IMG/VR virus record: IMGVR_UViG_3300048911_000077
Length of the DNA stretch: 27,003 nt
Direction: 5' to 3' (one strand)
Origin: an uncultured virus (IMG/VR IMGVR_UViG_3300048911_000077)
Taxonomy: Duplodnaviria; Heunggongvirae; Uroviricota; Caudoviricetes
Below are positions 9,403 through 17,496 of this stretch, in pieces. The notes under the pieces were generated by a model, which worked only from the letters and a program-made list of their open reading frames with translations, did no database searches and was not told where the DNA came from. Both the position numbers and the translations under genes were made by a program. Positions within the stretch are counted from its first letter, which is position 1; every line of letters begins with the position of its first letter.

Positions 9403-10419
9403 TTGTCAGTATTTAAAGCTAGTAAATCGTATCGACCGTTTACCTATTCTTGGGCAGCAGAAGCAGCACAGAAACATTCCATTGATATGTTCTGGGATAT
9501 TCATCAACTAAATTTGCAAGATGATGTTCAACAGTACTTCTCAAAAGATGGGTTGAAGACAGCCACTGTATCTCACGAACAGAATAAGAATATCCTTGAT
9601 CGGACTTTGTGCCTGTTCACAGAGATGGATAAGACAGTTGGAGAAGGTTACACTGAACTTCTTCCTCTGATCAAGAATAATGAAATTCGTAATATGTTGT
9701 TGACATTCGCAGCCCGTGAAGTTGTTCACCAGCGTGCGTATGCTCTTGCAGCCGAAACCTTTGGATTTAGCAACTCTGATTGGTTGGCTTTTGCTGACTA
9801 TAAAGAGATGGTTGATAAGTTAGATATTATGCTTGAGGATCTAACTCCAGAAGGTGCTTCTAACGAATTGAAAGCTGCCATTAAACTTACACAAATCTTC
9901 TTGGGAGAAGGTATTGGTTTGTTTGGTGCATTCGCTACTCTCCTTAACCAAAAGCGTAGTGGTATTCTGAATGGCTTCAACGATGTTAATGAGTGGTCAC
10001 TTCTTGATGAAGCTGAACATGTTGCAAAGAACATTCGTGTTGTTGAGGAAATGGAGAAAGATCTTTCAGAAGTAGAACGTGTTGCTTTGAAAGCTATCAC
10101 CTTGAAGTTTGTTGATATGTTTGAACAGGCCGAAGACAAATATATTGACTTGGTATTTGAGATGGGCGGTGCTGAGGGTTTGACATCTGAAGAGATGAAA
10201 GGATACATCAAATATCTTGGTAAACTTCGTCTCTACCAGCGGGGCTACGTCAGTCTTAAGGATGTGCCTAAGAATCCTTTGGAATGGATGGAATGGTTGC
10301 TAGGTGCAAACAAGCATTCAAATTTCTTTGAGAAGAAGGTTACGGACTACCAACACTCGGAGCTTCCGGGAGAAGTGAATTATAACAAATATCGTCATTT
10401 GCTTGAAAACGTGGCTTGA
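9403..10419 (+). CDS. nrdB: class I ribonucleotide reductase beta subunit
   Basis: Di-metal ligands FTEMD, REVVHQRAY (radical Tyr), GEGI, DEAEH; C-terminal NFFEKKVTDY. Confidence 0.95.
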   Translation: MSVFKASKSYRPFTYSWAAEAAQKHSIDMFWDIHQLNLQDDVQQYFSKDGLKTATVSHEQNKNILDRTLCLFTEMDKTVGEGYTELLPLIKNNEIRNMLLTFAAREVVHQRAYALAAETFGFSNSDWLAFADYKEMVDKLDIMLEDLTPEGASNELKAAIKLTQIFLGEGIGLFGAFATLLNQKRSGILNGFNDVNEWSLLDEAEHVAKNIRVVEEMEKDLSEVERVALKAITLKFVDMFEQAEDKYIDLVFEMGGAEGLTSEEMKGYIKYLGKLRLYQRGYVSLKDVPKNPLEWMEWLLGANKHSNFFEKKVTDYQHSELPGEVNYNKYRHLLENVA

Positions 10420-10443
10420 CACAATAATCTGATGTGCTATCCT
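10416..10443 (+). promoter_or_regulatory. sigma70-like promoter overlapping the nrdB stop
   Basis: TTGACA-16 nt-TATCCT with a TG extended -10. Confidence 0.55.
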
Positions 10444-10444
10444 T

Positions 10445-10481
10445 GGCTGCATGTCCTTCGGGATGTGTGGCCTTTTTCTTT
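10445..10481 (+). terminator. Rho-independent terminator with cUUCGg loop
   Basis: GGCTGCATGTCC-TTCG-GGATGTGTGGCC-TTTTTCTTT. Confidence 0.85.
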
Positions 10482-10495
10482 AAGGAGAATTTAAA

Positions 10496-10657
10496 ATGAA
10501 CGAAGATGAATTAAAAGAGCTGATAAAAGCATACATCAAAGAAAACCTTTACATTGGTATTGAGACAACATCTGAAAGCTATTATGAAAGCGCATCAGTC
10601 TGTGTTAAAGTATACCTAGAGGGTGAGGTTATTGCACAAGACTGGAGTACTTTGTAA
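10496..10657 (+). CDS. small hypothetical protein (53 aa, MNEDELKELIKAY...), not in the ORF track
   Basis: TAAGGAG RBS; TAATG coupling to the next gene. Confidence 0.75.
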   Translation: MNEDELKELIKAYIKENLYIGIETTSESYYESASVCVKVYLEGEVIAQDWSTL

Positions 10658-10896
10658 TGTTAACAGAAAACTGGAACCACTTAGAAATAGGGAGCGTTGT
10701 CTACGCACTTAAACAGCTTACAGAGTGGAATGATTGTCATGGGCACTGTATTTGTGCTGAGAAGGGTGATAAGCTGATTGTACGTGGATTCAACCATCGC
10801 GGTGATCCTTACTTTAGTCACGAACACATTACAGATGGTAGGTCATTCTATTTAGATAAAGATGAGTGTTCTACTTTTAAACATATCCAATATTAG
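10657..10896 (+). CDS. hypothetical protein
   Basis: Coupled start, GGAG RBS. Confidence 0.7.
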   Translation: MLTENWNHLEIGSVVYALKQLTEWNDCHGHCICAEKGDKLIVRGFNHRGDPYFSHEHITDGRSFYLDKDECSTFKHIQY

Positions 10897-10905
10897 GAGA
10901 GTAAA

Positions 10906-11502
10906 ATGAAATTCTATAAACAATACCGAAAGTCTTACTGGTCTGACTCAAAAGTATTCTCTTGGATGCTTCCTGAAAAGGTAAAGCAGCCTAAGTCATT
11001 TACAGTTGATGAAATGATTGCAAGCATCTGTACAAAAGACCCTTTGATTGAACTCTTCATTGATAAGCTTCAAGACATAATCTTGTTCCCTTCGGATTTG
11101 ATCTACTCTGTAAAGATTTATATGAAGAACTCAAAAGGGAACACTCATGTCCTTGATGGTGGGTTGAACAAAGGTCAGTGGTATGATCTTGTATATCGTA
11201 TCCCTGTTTGCCTTTTCTACGAGCTTGAGAAGTTTATCGAACAAGAGAAAGGACTTGAGACACATGAATGGGAAATGAAGCTTACTTATGATGAAGACTG
11301 GGGAGTTTTACCAGATGACCCTAAATATGGAACTCTGACACCACAAGCTCTTGCAGCTATTGAACAGAACGAGATCTATAAGTGGTATAAGACCAATAAA
11401 GACAGAAAAGATGTTGACTTTGAGAACGAAGAAGAATATCTTAAACAAGAAGAAGAAATGCTTATTCGGCTGATTAAAATTCGTGGGAGTTTGTGGATAT
11501 GA
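10906..11502 (+). CDS. hypothetical phage protein
   Basis: AGGAG RBS; 198-aa ORF. Confidence 0.75.
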   Translation: MKFYKQYRKSYWSDSKVFSWMLPEKVKQPKSFTVDEMIASICTKDPLIELFIDKLQDIILFPSDLIYSVKIYMKNSKGNTHVLDGGLNKGQWYDLVYRIPVCLFYELEKFIEQEKGLETHEWEMKLTYDEDWGVLPDDPKYGTLTPQALAAIEQNEIYKWYKTNKDRKDVDFENEEEYLKQEEEMLIRLIKIRGSLWI

Positions 11503-11726
11503 AAAACAACAACCCTTTGGTAGACGTTCTAGCCATCCTTCTGTGCATGCTAGCTGTAGTCGCTCTTGGTCAGTACTTCATTAAACATAAGAAGGATTCA
11601 GAACCAAGCTTGCATAAAATTGAACAGAGGTTGGAGTTGAAACAAGAAGCCAGCAAGAGTAAAGTACAATTGGAAAAGTCTTTTGAGTCGGCGGTTAAAG
11701 TAACTAATTTGGAGGAAACAAAATGA
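11499..11726 (+). CDS. small membrane-anchored protein
   Basis: N-terminal hydrophobic helix VLAILLCMLAVVALGQYF; ATGA overlap. Confidence 0.7.
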   Translation: MKNNNPLVDVLAILLCMLAVVALGQYFIKHKKDSEPSLHKIEQRLELKQEASKSKVQLEKSFESAVKVTNLEETK

Positions 11727-11863
11727 AAAATAAAAATCGTAAGAAAAAGAAAGAATCTTTCTTTAAAATTCTTGATGACTACACAAAAAGTATTTCTGAA
11801 GATCTTTACCATAATGGATACAGGGTAGAGTATACAAAGTCGGCTGTGAAGGTCTTTATGTGA
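11723..11863 (+). CDS. small basic hypothetical protein (46 aa, MKNKNRKKKKESFF...), not in the ORF track
   Basis: GGAGG RBS, ATGA overlap. Confidence 0.6.
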   Translation: MKNKNRKKKKESFFKILDDYTKSISEDLYHNGYRVEYTKSAVKVFM

Positions 11864-11881
11864 AGAAGTGGAGGAAACAAA

Positions 11882-12256
11882 GTGAGTATTCAAAAGATCA
11901 AAGATGCCATCGAAGTCTACAAGAAAATGACTGCTGGAAATATCATGGAAGATGGACGTCACCGTGCAGAATACTACGGCGTACAACTTCGTATTGCTCA
12001 AGCAGCTTATGACTTTAATGGTTATATTGTTACAGGGACACGTCACAGCTGTCCCATTATGCAACTACAGATGATTGCTATTGGTGATGATGTACTTGAT
12101 GAGTGGTGTCACCCTGATGATATGGTTCAAGGCTTCACTGACCAATATGGGACATTCTATAACCGAAAAGATGCTTATGTGATTGCCAGAGCGGCTGGTC
12201 AACTGAATGACAGGCATGAATGGGGTGACACACTTTATTCTGAAAGTTATATCTGA
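11882..12256 (+). CDS. hypothetical phage protein (RH...QGFxD..G.F..R..A..IA..AGQ...LYSE motif)
   Basis: GGAGG RBS plus GTG; motif pattern typical of an uncharacterised phage family. Confidence 0.75.
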   Translation: MSIQKIKDAIEVYKKMTAGNIMEDGRHRAEYYGVQLRIAQAAYDFNGYIVTGTRHSCPIMQLQMIAIGDDVLDEWCHPDDMVQGFTDQYGTFYNRKDAYVIARAAGQLNDRHEWGDTLYSESYI

Positions 12257-12273
12257 TAAAATTTAGGCAAAAG

Positions 12274-12307
12274 AAAGCTCCCTATCCAATCACGGAAGGG
12301 AGCTTTT
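12274..12307. terminator. bidirectional terminator between the convergent arms
   Basis: AAAGCTCCCT-A-TCC-AATCAC-GGA-AGGGAGCTTTT, A-rich upstream and T-rich downstream. Confidence 0.8.
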
Positions 12308-12372
12308 AAGTATCTGAGATAAGCTGATGGCGCAGCTTAGCGTGCCTACTGGCTTGTTATTGTTTTTATTCT

Positions 12373-12714
12373 TCAGTTCGTGGTAAGTGTATTTATATTG
12401 TTATTCACGATTTTCTGATTGGACTTCTTATCTTCCACCAAACCTTTAAGTTGCATCTCCATTATATGCATTCTGCGATCAACAAGTATTTGATAGTTAT
12501 CTTGATTCTCAGACAGCTTATTAACTCTACCGTCTGTATAATCCATATTATTGGATATAACCTTTCTCAAATCACTCTTAGAGCTTTCTATCTTTGTTTC
12601 CAAAGAAGTGAAATCATGAGTGCTTCTGTTATTCGTGAAAATTATGGATAACATCACAATTAGAAGGACTAGGGTAGTTAGGTGTACCGAACGCTCAACT
12701 ATAACCCAAAACAT
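12373..12714 (-). CDS. membrane-anchored coiled-coil protein, lysis-cassette associated
   Basis: Single N-terminal TM helix, GAAGG RBS. Confidence 0.7.
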   Translation of the reverse strand: MFWVIVERSVHLTTLVLLIVMLSIIFTNNRSTHDFTSLETKIESSKSDLRKVISNNMDYTDGRVNKLSENQDNYQILVDRRMHIMEMQLKGLVEDKKSNQKIVNNNINTLTTN

Positions 12715-12723
12715 ACTTCCTTC

Positions 12724-13038
12724 CTATTTCTTATTTTTTAAACTTCCAAAGTACAAATCCATCCTTCCTAGGATATCTGCTTTATTAGCCATTGAGTTAG
12801 CTGATAAGGTTGCTCCTAGGGATTCAATCTTTGTGTTAAGCCTAACCTCAACTTCACGTAAATCTTCTTTATTTACTTTAATCATCTGAAGCTGGTTTAT
12901 GCTTGTCTGCATCTCTTTGTAATCACTCTTCATACCTTGGTAGGTAATGAACATGATTGTCACAAATAGAGAAAGAAGGGCAAGGCAAGCCTTCTCAAAC
13001 AAGTTGCTAATACGGTTGTTGGCGTCATTCCCTGTCAT
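12724..13038 (-). CDS. membrane-anchored coiled-coil protein, lysis-cassette associated
   Basis: TM helix ACLALLSLFVTIMFITY; GGAGG RBS; ATGA overlap with the o-spanin. Confidence 0.7.
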   Translation of the reverse strand: MTGNDANNRISNLFEKACLALLSLFVTIMFITYQGMKSDYKEMQTSINQLQMIKVNKEDLREVEVRLNTKIESLGATLSANSMANKADILGRMDLYFGSLKNKK

Positions 13039-13307
13039 TTGTAAAGTTCCTCCTTGTCTTTCTTATTATCACGAAGCTTTTGCATTTGTTTTTCCCACTT
13101 ACCAATGCAAGCGACATTAGTGTTTTGGGCAATAGCTAGGTCTATAAGGCTCTCACCCGATGGTTTGGCCTTACAGGGGTTTATCAGAAGACTGTCTGGT
13201 GGGAAGACATTGGTTACTGTCGGGGTAGACCGAACACCACCCGTTGTTGAGCAGCCGTTTAACATTAGGACTAAGAAGCCCATCATCAGGCAAGAAATTG
13301 CTTTCAT
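13035..13307 (-). CDS. o-spanin (Rz1-like lipoprotein)
   Basis: Signal peptide MKAISCLMMGFLVLMLNG/C with lipobox, Pro-rich PPDSLLINPC; overlaps the i-spanin 3' end. Confidence 0.8.
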   Translation of the reverse strand: MKAISCLMMGFLVLMLNGCSTTGGVRSTPTVTNVFPPDSLLINPCKAKPSGESLIDLAIAQNTNVACIGKWEKQMQKLRDNKKDKEELYK

Positions 13308-13659
13308 CTTTAGTAGTCTCTTTTGGTAAAATAGCTGCACTTGAGACAGCTTTATTAGGAATTTTCTTAACAGCGGCTAAGTCTCTTAATTGATCATTAA
13401 TGGGAGAAATAGCTTCATCAATCTTGTTTTTGTCTTCTGTTAATTCTGAGGCACTAAGGTCATCAATTTTACAGCTCAAATCCTTTAGTTCGGCATCCTT
13501 TTTATACCCTACAATCGCATCATTAGCATCTTTAAGCTGAGCTACTGCTACAGCCTTATCGTTGCTCAAACTATATGAAAGATAGCCAAACCCTGCTGTT
13601 GAAGCTAACAAGGCTAGGATGATGTACAGACTGGCACCAGAGAATAGGTTACTGAACAT
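13171..13659 (-). CDS. i-spanin (Rz-like)
   Basis: N-terminal TM, coiled coil, C-terminal Cys pair; overlapping lipoprotein gene. Confidence 0.8.
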   Translation of the reverse strand: MFSNLFSGASLYIILALLASTAGFGYLSYSLSNDKAVAVAQLKDANDAIVGYKKDAELKDLSCKIDDLSASELTEDKNKIDEAISPINDQLRDLAAVKKIPNKAVSSAAILPKETTKDESNFLPDDGLLSPNVKRLLNNGWCSVYPDSNQCLPTRQSSDKPL

Positions 13660-13990
13660 TATCCTTATCCTCTGGCTGCCACAACTTATGTTGTTTAATC
13701 ATCCTGAAAACAGCAGCTGAGACGTTCAGCACGAACATGCATGTCCCATAGGCTGCTACAGACATTGTAGGTTCAAGGAGAGAAAAGAATGGAAGAATGA
13801 TTTCAACCAACGACAACAGGGCAGACAATACAGTAGTCCAAAAGGAATAAGTTTTGAGAACTTTTTTCCAATTGGGCACGAGCGCTAATTTAGTAGGAGT
13901 AGATGACAGAGTGGAAGTGATAGTTGCTTCAACAGCTGTATCTTTTGTGATGGGTGTTACAGTATCTTCAACTTTTACTGAATCGTTCAT
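13649..13990 (-). CDS. putative holin
   Basis: Two TM helices after LVPNWKKVLKTYSFW; located between endolysin and spanins. Confidence 0.65.
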   Translation of the reverse strand: MNDSVKVEDTVTPITKDTAVEATITSTLSSTPTKLALVPNWKKVLKTYSFWTTVLSALLSLVEIILPFFSLLEPTMSVAAYGTCMFVLNVSAAVFRMIKQHKLWQPEDKDNVQ

Positions 13991-14546
13991 AAGCTTCTTT
14001 CATCTTAATGTCATATTTATTAACGGCGTACCCAGGACCGTTGTAACCACGAGCCACACCAACCCAGTCTTTAGCTTTCAAAGCCCTCAAGACATTTGGG
14101 CTTGCTTTAACAAAACTAACAAAAAGATCAAGTTGACCTTCTTCTGTATAAGCCTTATTTACTAATTCTTGAACAGAGTTAAATCCTAAAGCCTTCCAAT
14201 GGAAACCCATTATTTGAAACGAACCCCAAGAGGCACTTTCCAAAGCCGATACACGATCAATCTTAATGGCCCTTTCAAGACGTTCCCATTCAGCTAAACC
14301 TCCCTTATAACCGCCTGGAGATTCATTGACAATATCAGGATACTTAGCAGCCATATCTTTAGACTTGATTGGGGTGAAATCCCTAAGTCTCTCGAACATG
14401 ATATGACGTTCAAAAAGAATCTTAGGCACATCAGCTCCAGTAGCATCCTTGATGAAACCATATCCATTACTCTCGACAGAAGCGACAGCCTTTACGGCTG
14501 CCTCCTCTACACCCAAGAGCTTTGCAGCTTCTGAATAGTTTGTCAT
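13968..14546 (-). CDS. endolysin, N-acetylmuramidase (DUF3380/Muramidase family)
   Basis: AVASVESNGYGF, ILFERH, ESASWGSFQIMGFHW, YNGPGY; probable start MTNYSE at 14546. Confidence 0.9.
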   Translation of the reverse strand: MTNYSEAAKLLGVEEAAVKAVASVESNGYGFIKDATGADVPKILFERHIMFERLRDFTPIKSKDMAAKYPDIVNESPGGYKGGLAEWERLERAIKIDRVSALESASWGSFQIMGFHWKALGFNSVQELVNKAYTEEGQLDLFVSFVKASPNVLRALKAKDWVGVARGYNGPGYAVNKYDIKMKEAYERFSKS

Positions 14547-14562
14547 AAACATCCCATTAAAT

Positions 14563-17463
14563 TTATGCTGCGCTGATAACAACCACACGCAATGTAGGGT
14601 TTGAGACAATCCCCGCCCCTGTCCTATTTTGCGCCCGAACAGTAACTGTATTGGTCGCCGTAACTGCTGCATCCATTATAATGCCATCTACGCTTAAGCC
14701 AGACACCGAAGATACAGTTACGACATCTCCCACAGATGCGCCTGTTACTGTTATAGTGATACTGGTAGAGCTATTTGCTGCAACCGTACCAAAACTTGCA
14801 ACTTGGCTTGCTGTCAATACTTTGGTGAGCAGTGCACCACCATTAACTCTGAGGGTATTAATCCCATAAGCTGTGGCGGCTGAGCCAGTACTAATCATGG
14901 CACCATTGATTGCATATTCATCAAATCTTGCAACGCCAGAGATGCCAGGAGTTGGGGTAATAGAGTCTGCCAGCACAGTCGCACCAGAAGCGACTGTAAT
15001 ACCTACAGTTGAACTAAGCTTACTCCCTGTCAATACAGCACGACTAAGCTGTGAATAACTAACATTTGATAAAAAGGCTGCTGGAGTGTTCATACAGCTA
15101 AACGGCCCGGATAAGGACACAGCTGTTGATGCATTACCATAACTGTTTAAACCTAGTCCCGATAGGATACAATCGGTCGCTGTAATACCAAAACCAGAGC
15201 CTGTTGTGCCTAGAGAGCCCACACTCGTGGTTTCTACCACAGCGACCAACGAGTTTTCAGAAATCTCAATATTATTTCGTGCATTACCAACAATTAAAGC
15301 TCTTGATAACGTTGCTGTAGCGGAACCCGTACTGAAATACCCAGAACCCGTACAACTTCCATAAAAACCTTCAGGGGCGTCGAAGTTGGCACCATCGTTA
15401 CGAACGCCCATGACACCAGCTCCGTAAACGACAATAATCTCTCCGTAAGCAGTTGCACCGGCGACAATATTAATATTATCAGAAGTGTTACCCTGAAACC
15501 AAGAAGCTGTAATTATTGAGGTTGAACCGGAATTTAGTTGCGCACCTCGTCCTAAGGTACTACCCACTACACACTCTCTGAGTGCTACATTTGTACCTTC
15601 AAGAGCCCACACACCAAATGCAGTTGAATTGAGAATATGACTCTTACGTAGTTGCGCACTACAGCCAATGCCTGCAAAAACCCCACGACCCCAACCAATT
15701 AGAGCAAATCCTGCACCAGCTTGGAAGTTGTTAACTGGTCCAGTCTGTGTTGGACCTTCGGGGGTTCTGCCGTTTATAGCTATACCGTGGGTTCCTGTAC
15801 TCCCTGTAGTATTGACAAGAACCATATTGTCAATCCATTTAAGATTAGACCCACAAGAGAAAAACACCCCATCACCTGAGGAAGTGTTTTTCAAAACAAC
15901 TTTAATAGTTTTTACTTCTCCCCCACTAATTTTATTAATCGGAGGGGAGTACGGGCCTCTCCAACCACTCTTAACTGTAACTTGATTGCCTGAAACAGCA
16001 GTAATCTCAAATGTACCTTGATGAGAAACGCCGGGGGTGATTATAGAATATTTAGTTCCATTTGCAATGACAACAGCGGGACTTACTGTAATACTAGTTG
16101 CTGAGTTTATTGCTGTAATGGTGGACATAACTCCATCGCAGAGTAAATAATCTCCAAGATTTGCTTCTGTAGTGAACAGACTTGAAGTCCCGGTTACAGT
16201 TGAACTGCTTACACCACCAGTTCCTATAGTACCTGTATTAGGACGAGTAAGTCTCCATCCCCGTGAGCCTGTTGTGCCCAGGGTCCATGCGCCGGAAATT
16301 CCAACAGATAAGGTAGAAACACTGGTAATCTCCCTAGTCTGCCCTCTTATTGTTAATAAATCTCCTACGGATATATAATCTGTTAATACGCCTGAAGCTA
16401 TTGAGGTCCACGCGGCGGAGCCACCACCAGTGTTTGCAGTTATATTACCAAGAAGGGCTGAGCATTGCAGTATCTCATTTTGAGACACCCTTTTTCTGAA
16501 TACAGACTGATCACCCGCAAGCGGTAGAAGGGGAACAACGTTATCCAATTTCAGATAATCCCCAACCACCATACCAGAAGATGATGATACATTATATACG
16601 ACAGTGTAGTTACCAGAAGTACCAGTTACAGAGTTAACACTAACCAGTGTCGTAGAAGCGGGTGTAGAACCGGTTAGGGTGATTTTACCATTTTGTCCTA
16701 CATTGACAATATTACCAGAAGTAAAAGTAAAAGTCCCATCCGGAACAATTATTGTTAAATCTGTCTCTACGTCAATCATATTTAAAAGTGGCAGGGCGGC
16801 TGTCACGGCAGCAGCATCTAGTGTTATGCTTGTAACAGAGGAGGGTATCCAAACACGTTTACCTGTTGAAAGGGCTGCTTGAAGTGAAGGATAATCAGCA
16901 TATTGTACTTGGTCGTTAAGTCGGCTATATACAGTTCGATTTCTGTATCCAACCAGTGTGGAACCAAGTGTGGGGGCTGCTTGTGTTGCTAGGTCAGTTC
17001 TGAGAGAATCGGTGTAGCTATTGGCCTGTGCGGATGCCACGTCTAACTCAGAATTGGATGCAAAATACTCGGTATTTTGAAAAGCAGCCGTCCCTAAAGA
17101 GGACAAAGTAACTTGGATTGCTTGAAGTTGTGATGAAAGGTCGGTGTTATTTGCTACAGCCGTAAGGGCAGTACCGTTGAATTGGTAACTGGCGCCGGAA
17201 GAACGTAAGATTAATGTAAACCACTTAGGGGTTGGTGTCGAATACCACGCCCCCGAAACACCAAAGTAGATCCTATTATCAGTAGTTAAAAAGTAAGCTG
17301 TACCATTAACTACCGAAGGAAGTGATGAAACAATACCGTCGATGTTTTTGTCAAACAAGAAAGAAAACTTAGTTAGGTTTTCATCCATCCCCGTATTCCA
17401 ACCACTTTCTCCGTAGTTCCAACCATATTTGGCTTCTAGGAATGGAGATGTTTGCTGAGTCAT
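14563..17463 (-). CDS. tail fibre/tailspike receptor-binding protein (966 aa)
   Basis: Position after the baseplate and fibre genes; G/S/T-rich; beta-helix-like repeats in the C-terminal half. Confidence 0.8.
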   Translation of the reverse strand: MTQQTSPFLEAKYGWNYGESGWNTGMDENLTKFSFLFDKNIDGIVSSLPSVVNGTAYFLTTDNRIYFGVSGAWYSTPTPKWFTLILRSSGASYQFNGTALTAVANNTDLSSQLQAIQVTLSSLGTAAFQNTEYFASNSELDVASAQANSYTDSLRTDLATQAAPTLGSTLVGYRNRTVYSRLNDQVQYADYPSLQAALSTGKRVWIPSSVTSITLDAAAVTAALPLLNMIDVETDLTIIVPDGTFTFTSGNIVNVGQNGKITLTGSTPASTTLVSVNSVTGTSGNYTVVYNVSSSSGMVVGDYLKLDNVVPLLPLAGDQSVFRKRVSQNEILQCSALLGNITANTGGGSAAWTSIASGVLTDYISVGDLLTIRGQTREITSVSTLSVGISGAWTLGTTGSRGWRLTRPNTGTIGTGGVSSSTVTGTSSLFTTEANLGDYLLCDGVMSTITAINSATSITVSPAVVIANGTKYSIITPGVSHQGTFEITAVSGNQVTVKSGWRGPYSPPINKISGGEVKTIKVVLKNTSSGDGVFFSCGSNLKWIDNMVLVNTTGSTGTHGIAINGRTPEGPTQTGPVNNFQAGAGFALIGWGRGVFAGIGCSAQLRKSHILNSTAFGVWALEGTNVALRECVVGSTLGRGAQLNSGSTSIITASWFQGNTSDNINIVAGATAYGEIIVVYGAGVMGVRNDGANFDAPEGFYGSCTGSGYFSTGSATATLSRALIVGNARNNIEISENSLVAVVETTSVGSLGTTGSGFGITATDCILSGLGLNSYGNASTAVSLSGPFSCMNTPAAFLSNVSYSQLSRAVLTGSKLSSTVGITVASGATVLADSITPTPGISGVARFDEYAINGAMISTGSAATAYGINTLRVNGGALLTKVLTASQVASFGTVAANSSTSITITVTGASVGDVVTVSSVSGLSVDGIIMDAAVTATNTVTVRAQNRTGAGIVSNPTLRVVVISAA

Positions 17464-17496
17464 ATAATTTCCTTAAATTTTAGAGGCTGTTGTAAC

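Noticed and set aside
6294..10419. Introns or inteins in thyX, nrdA or nrdB, which are common targets
   Set aside because: All three are continuous, of compact length, and lack intein or intron motifs
699..12064. - strand ORFs within the + arm (e.g. 2697..3227, 7737..8039, 9798..10211, 11570..12064)
   Set aside because: Antisense shadows of well-supported genes, with no RBS or motifs
12320..12339. Second hairpin TAAGCTG-N6-CAGCTTA in the convergent intergenic region as an ncRNA
   Set aside because: Only a 7-bp stem, with no promoter or family features; too little support
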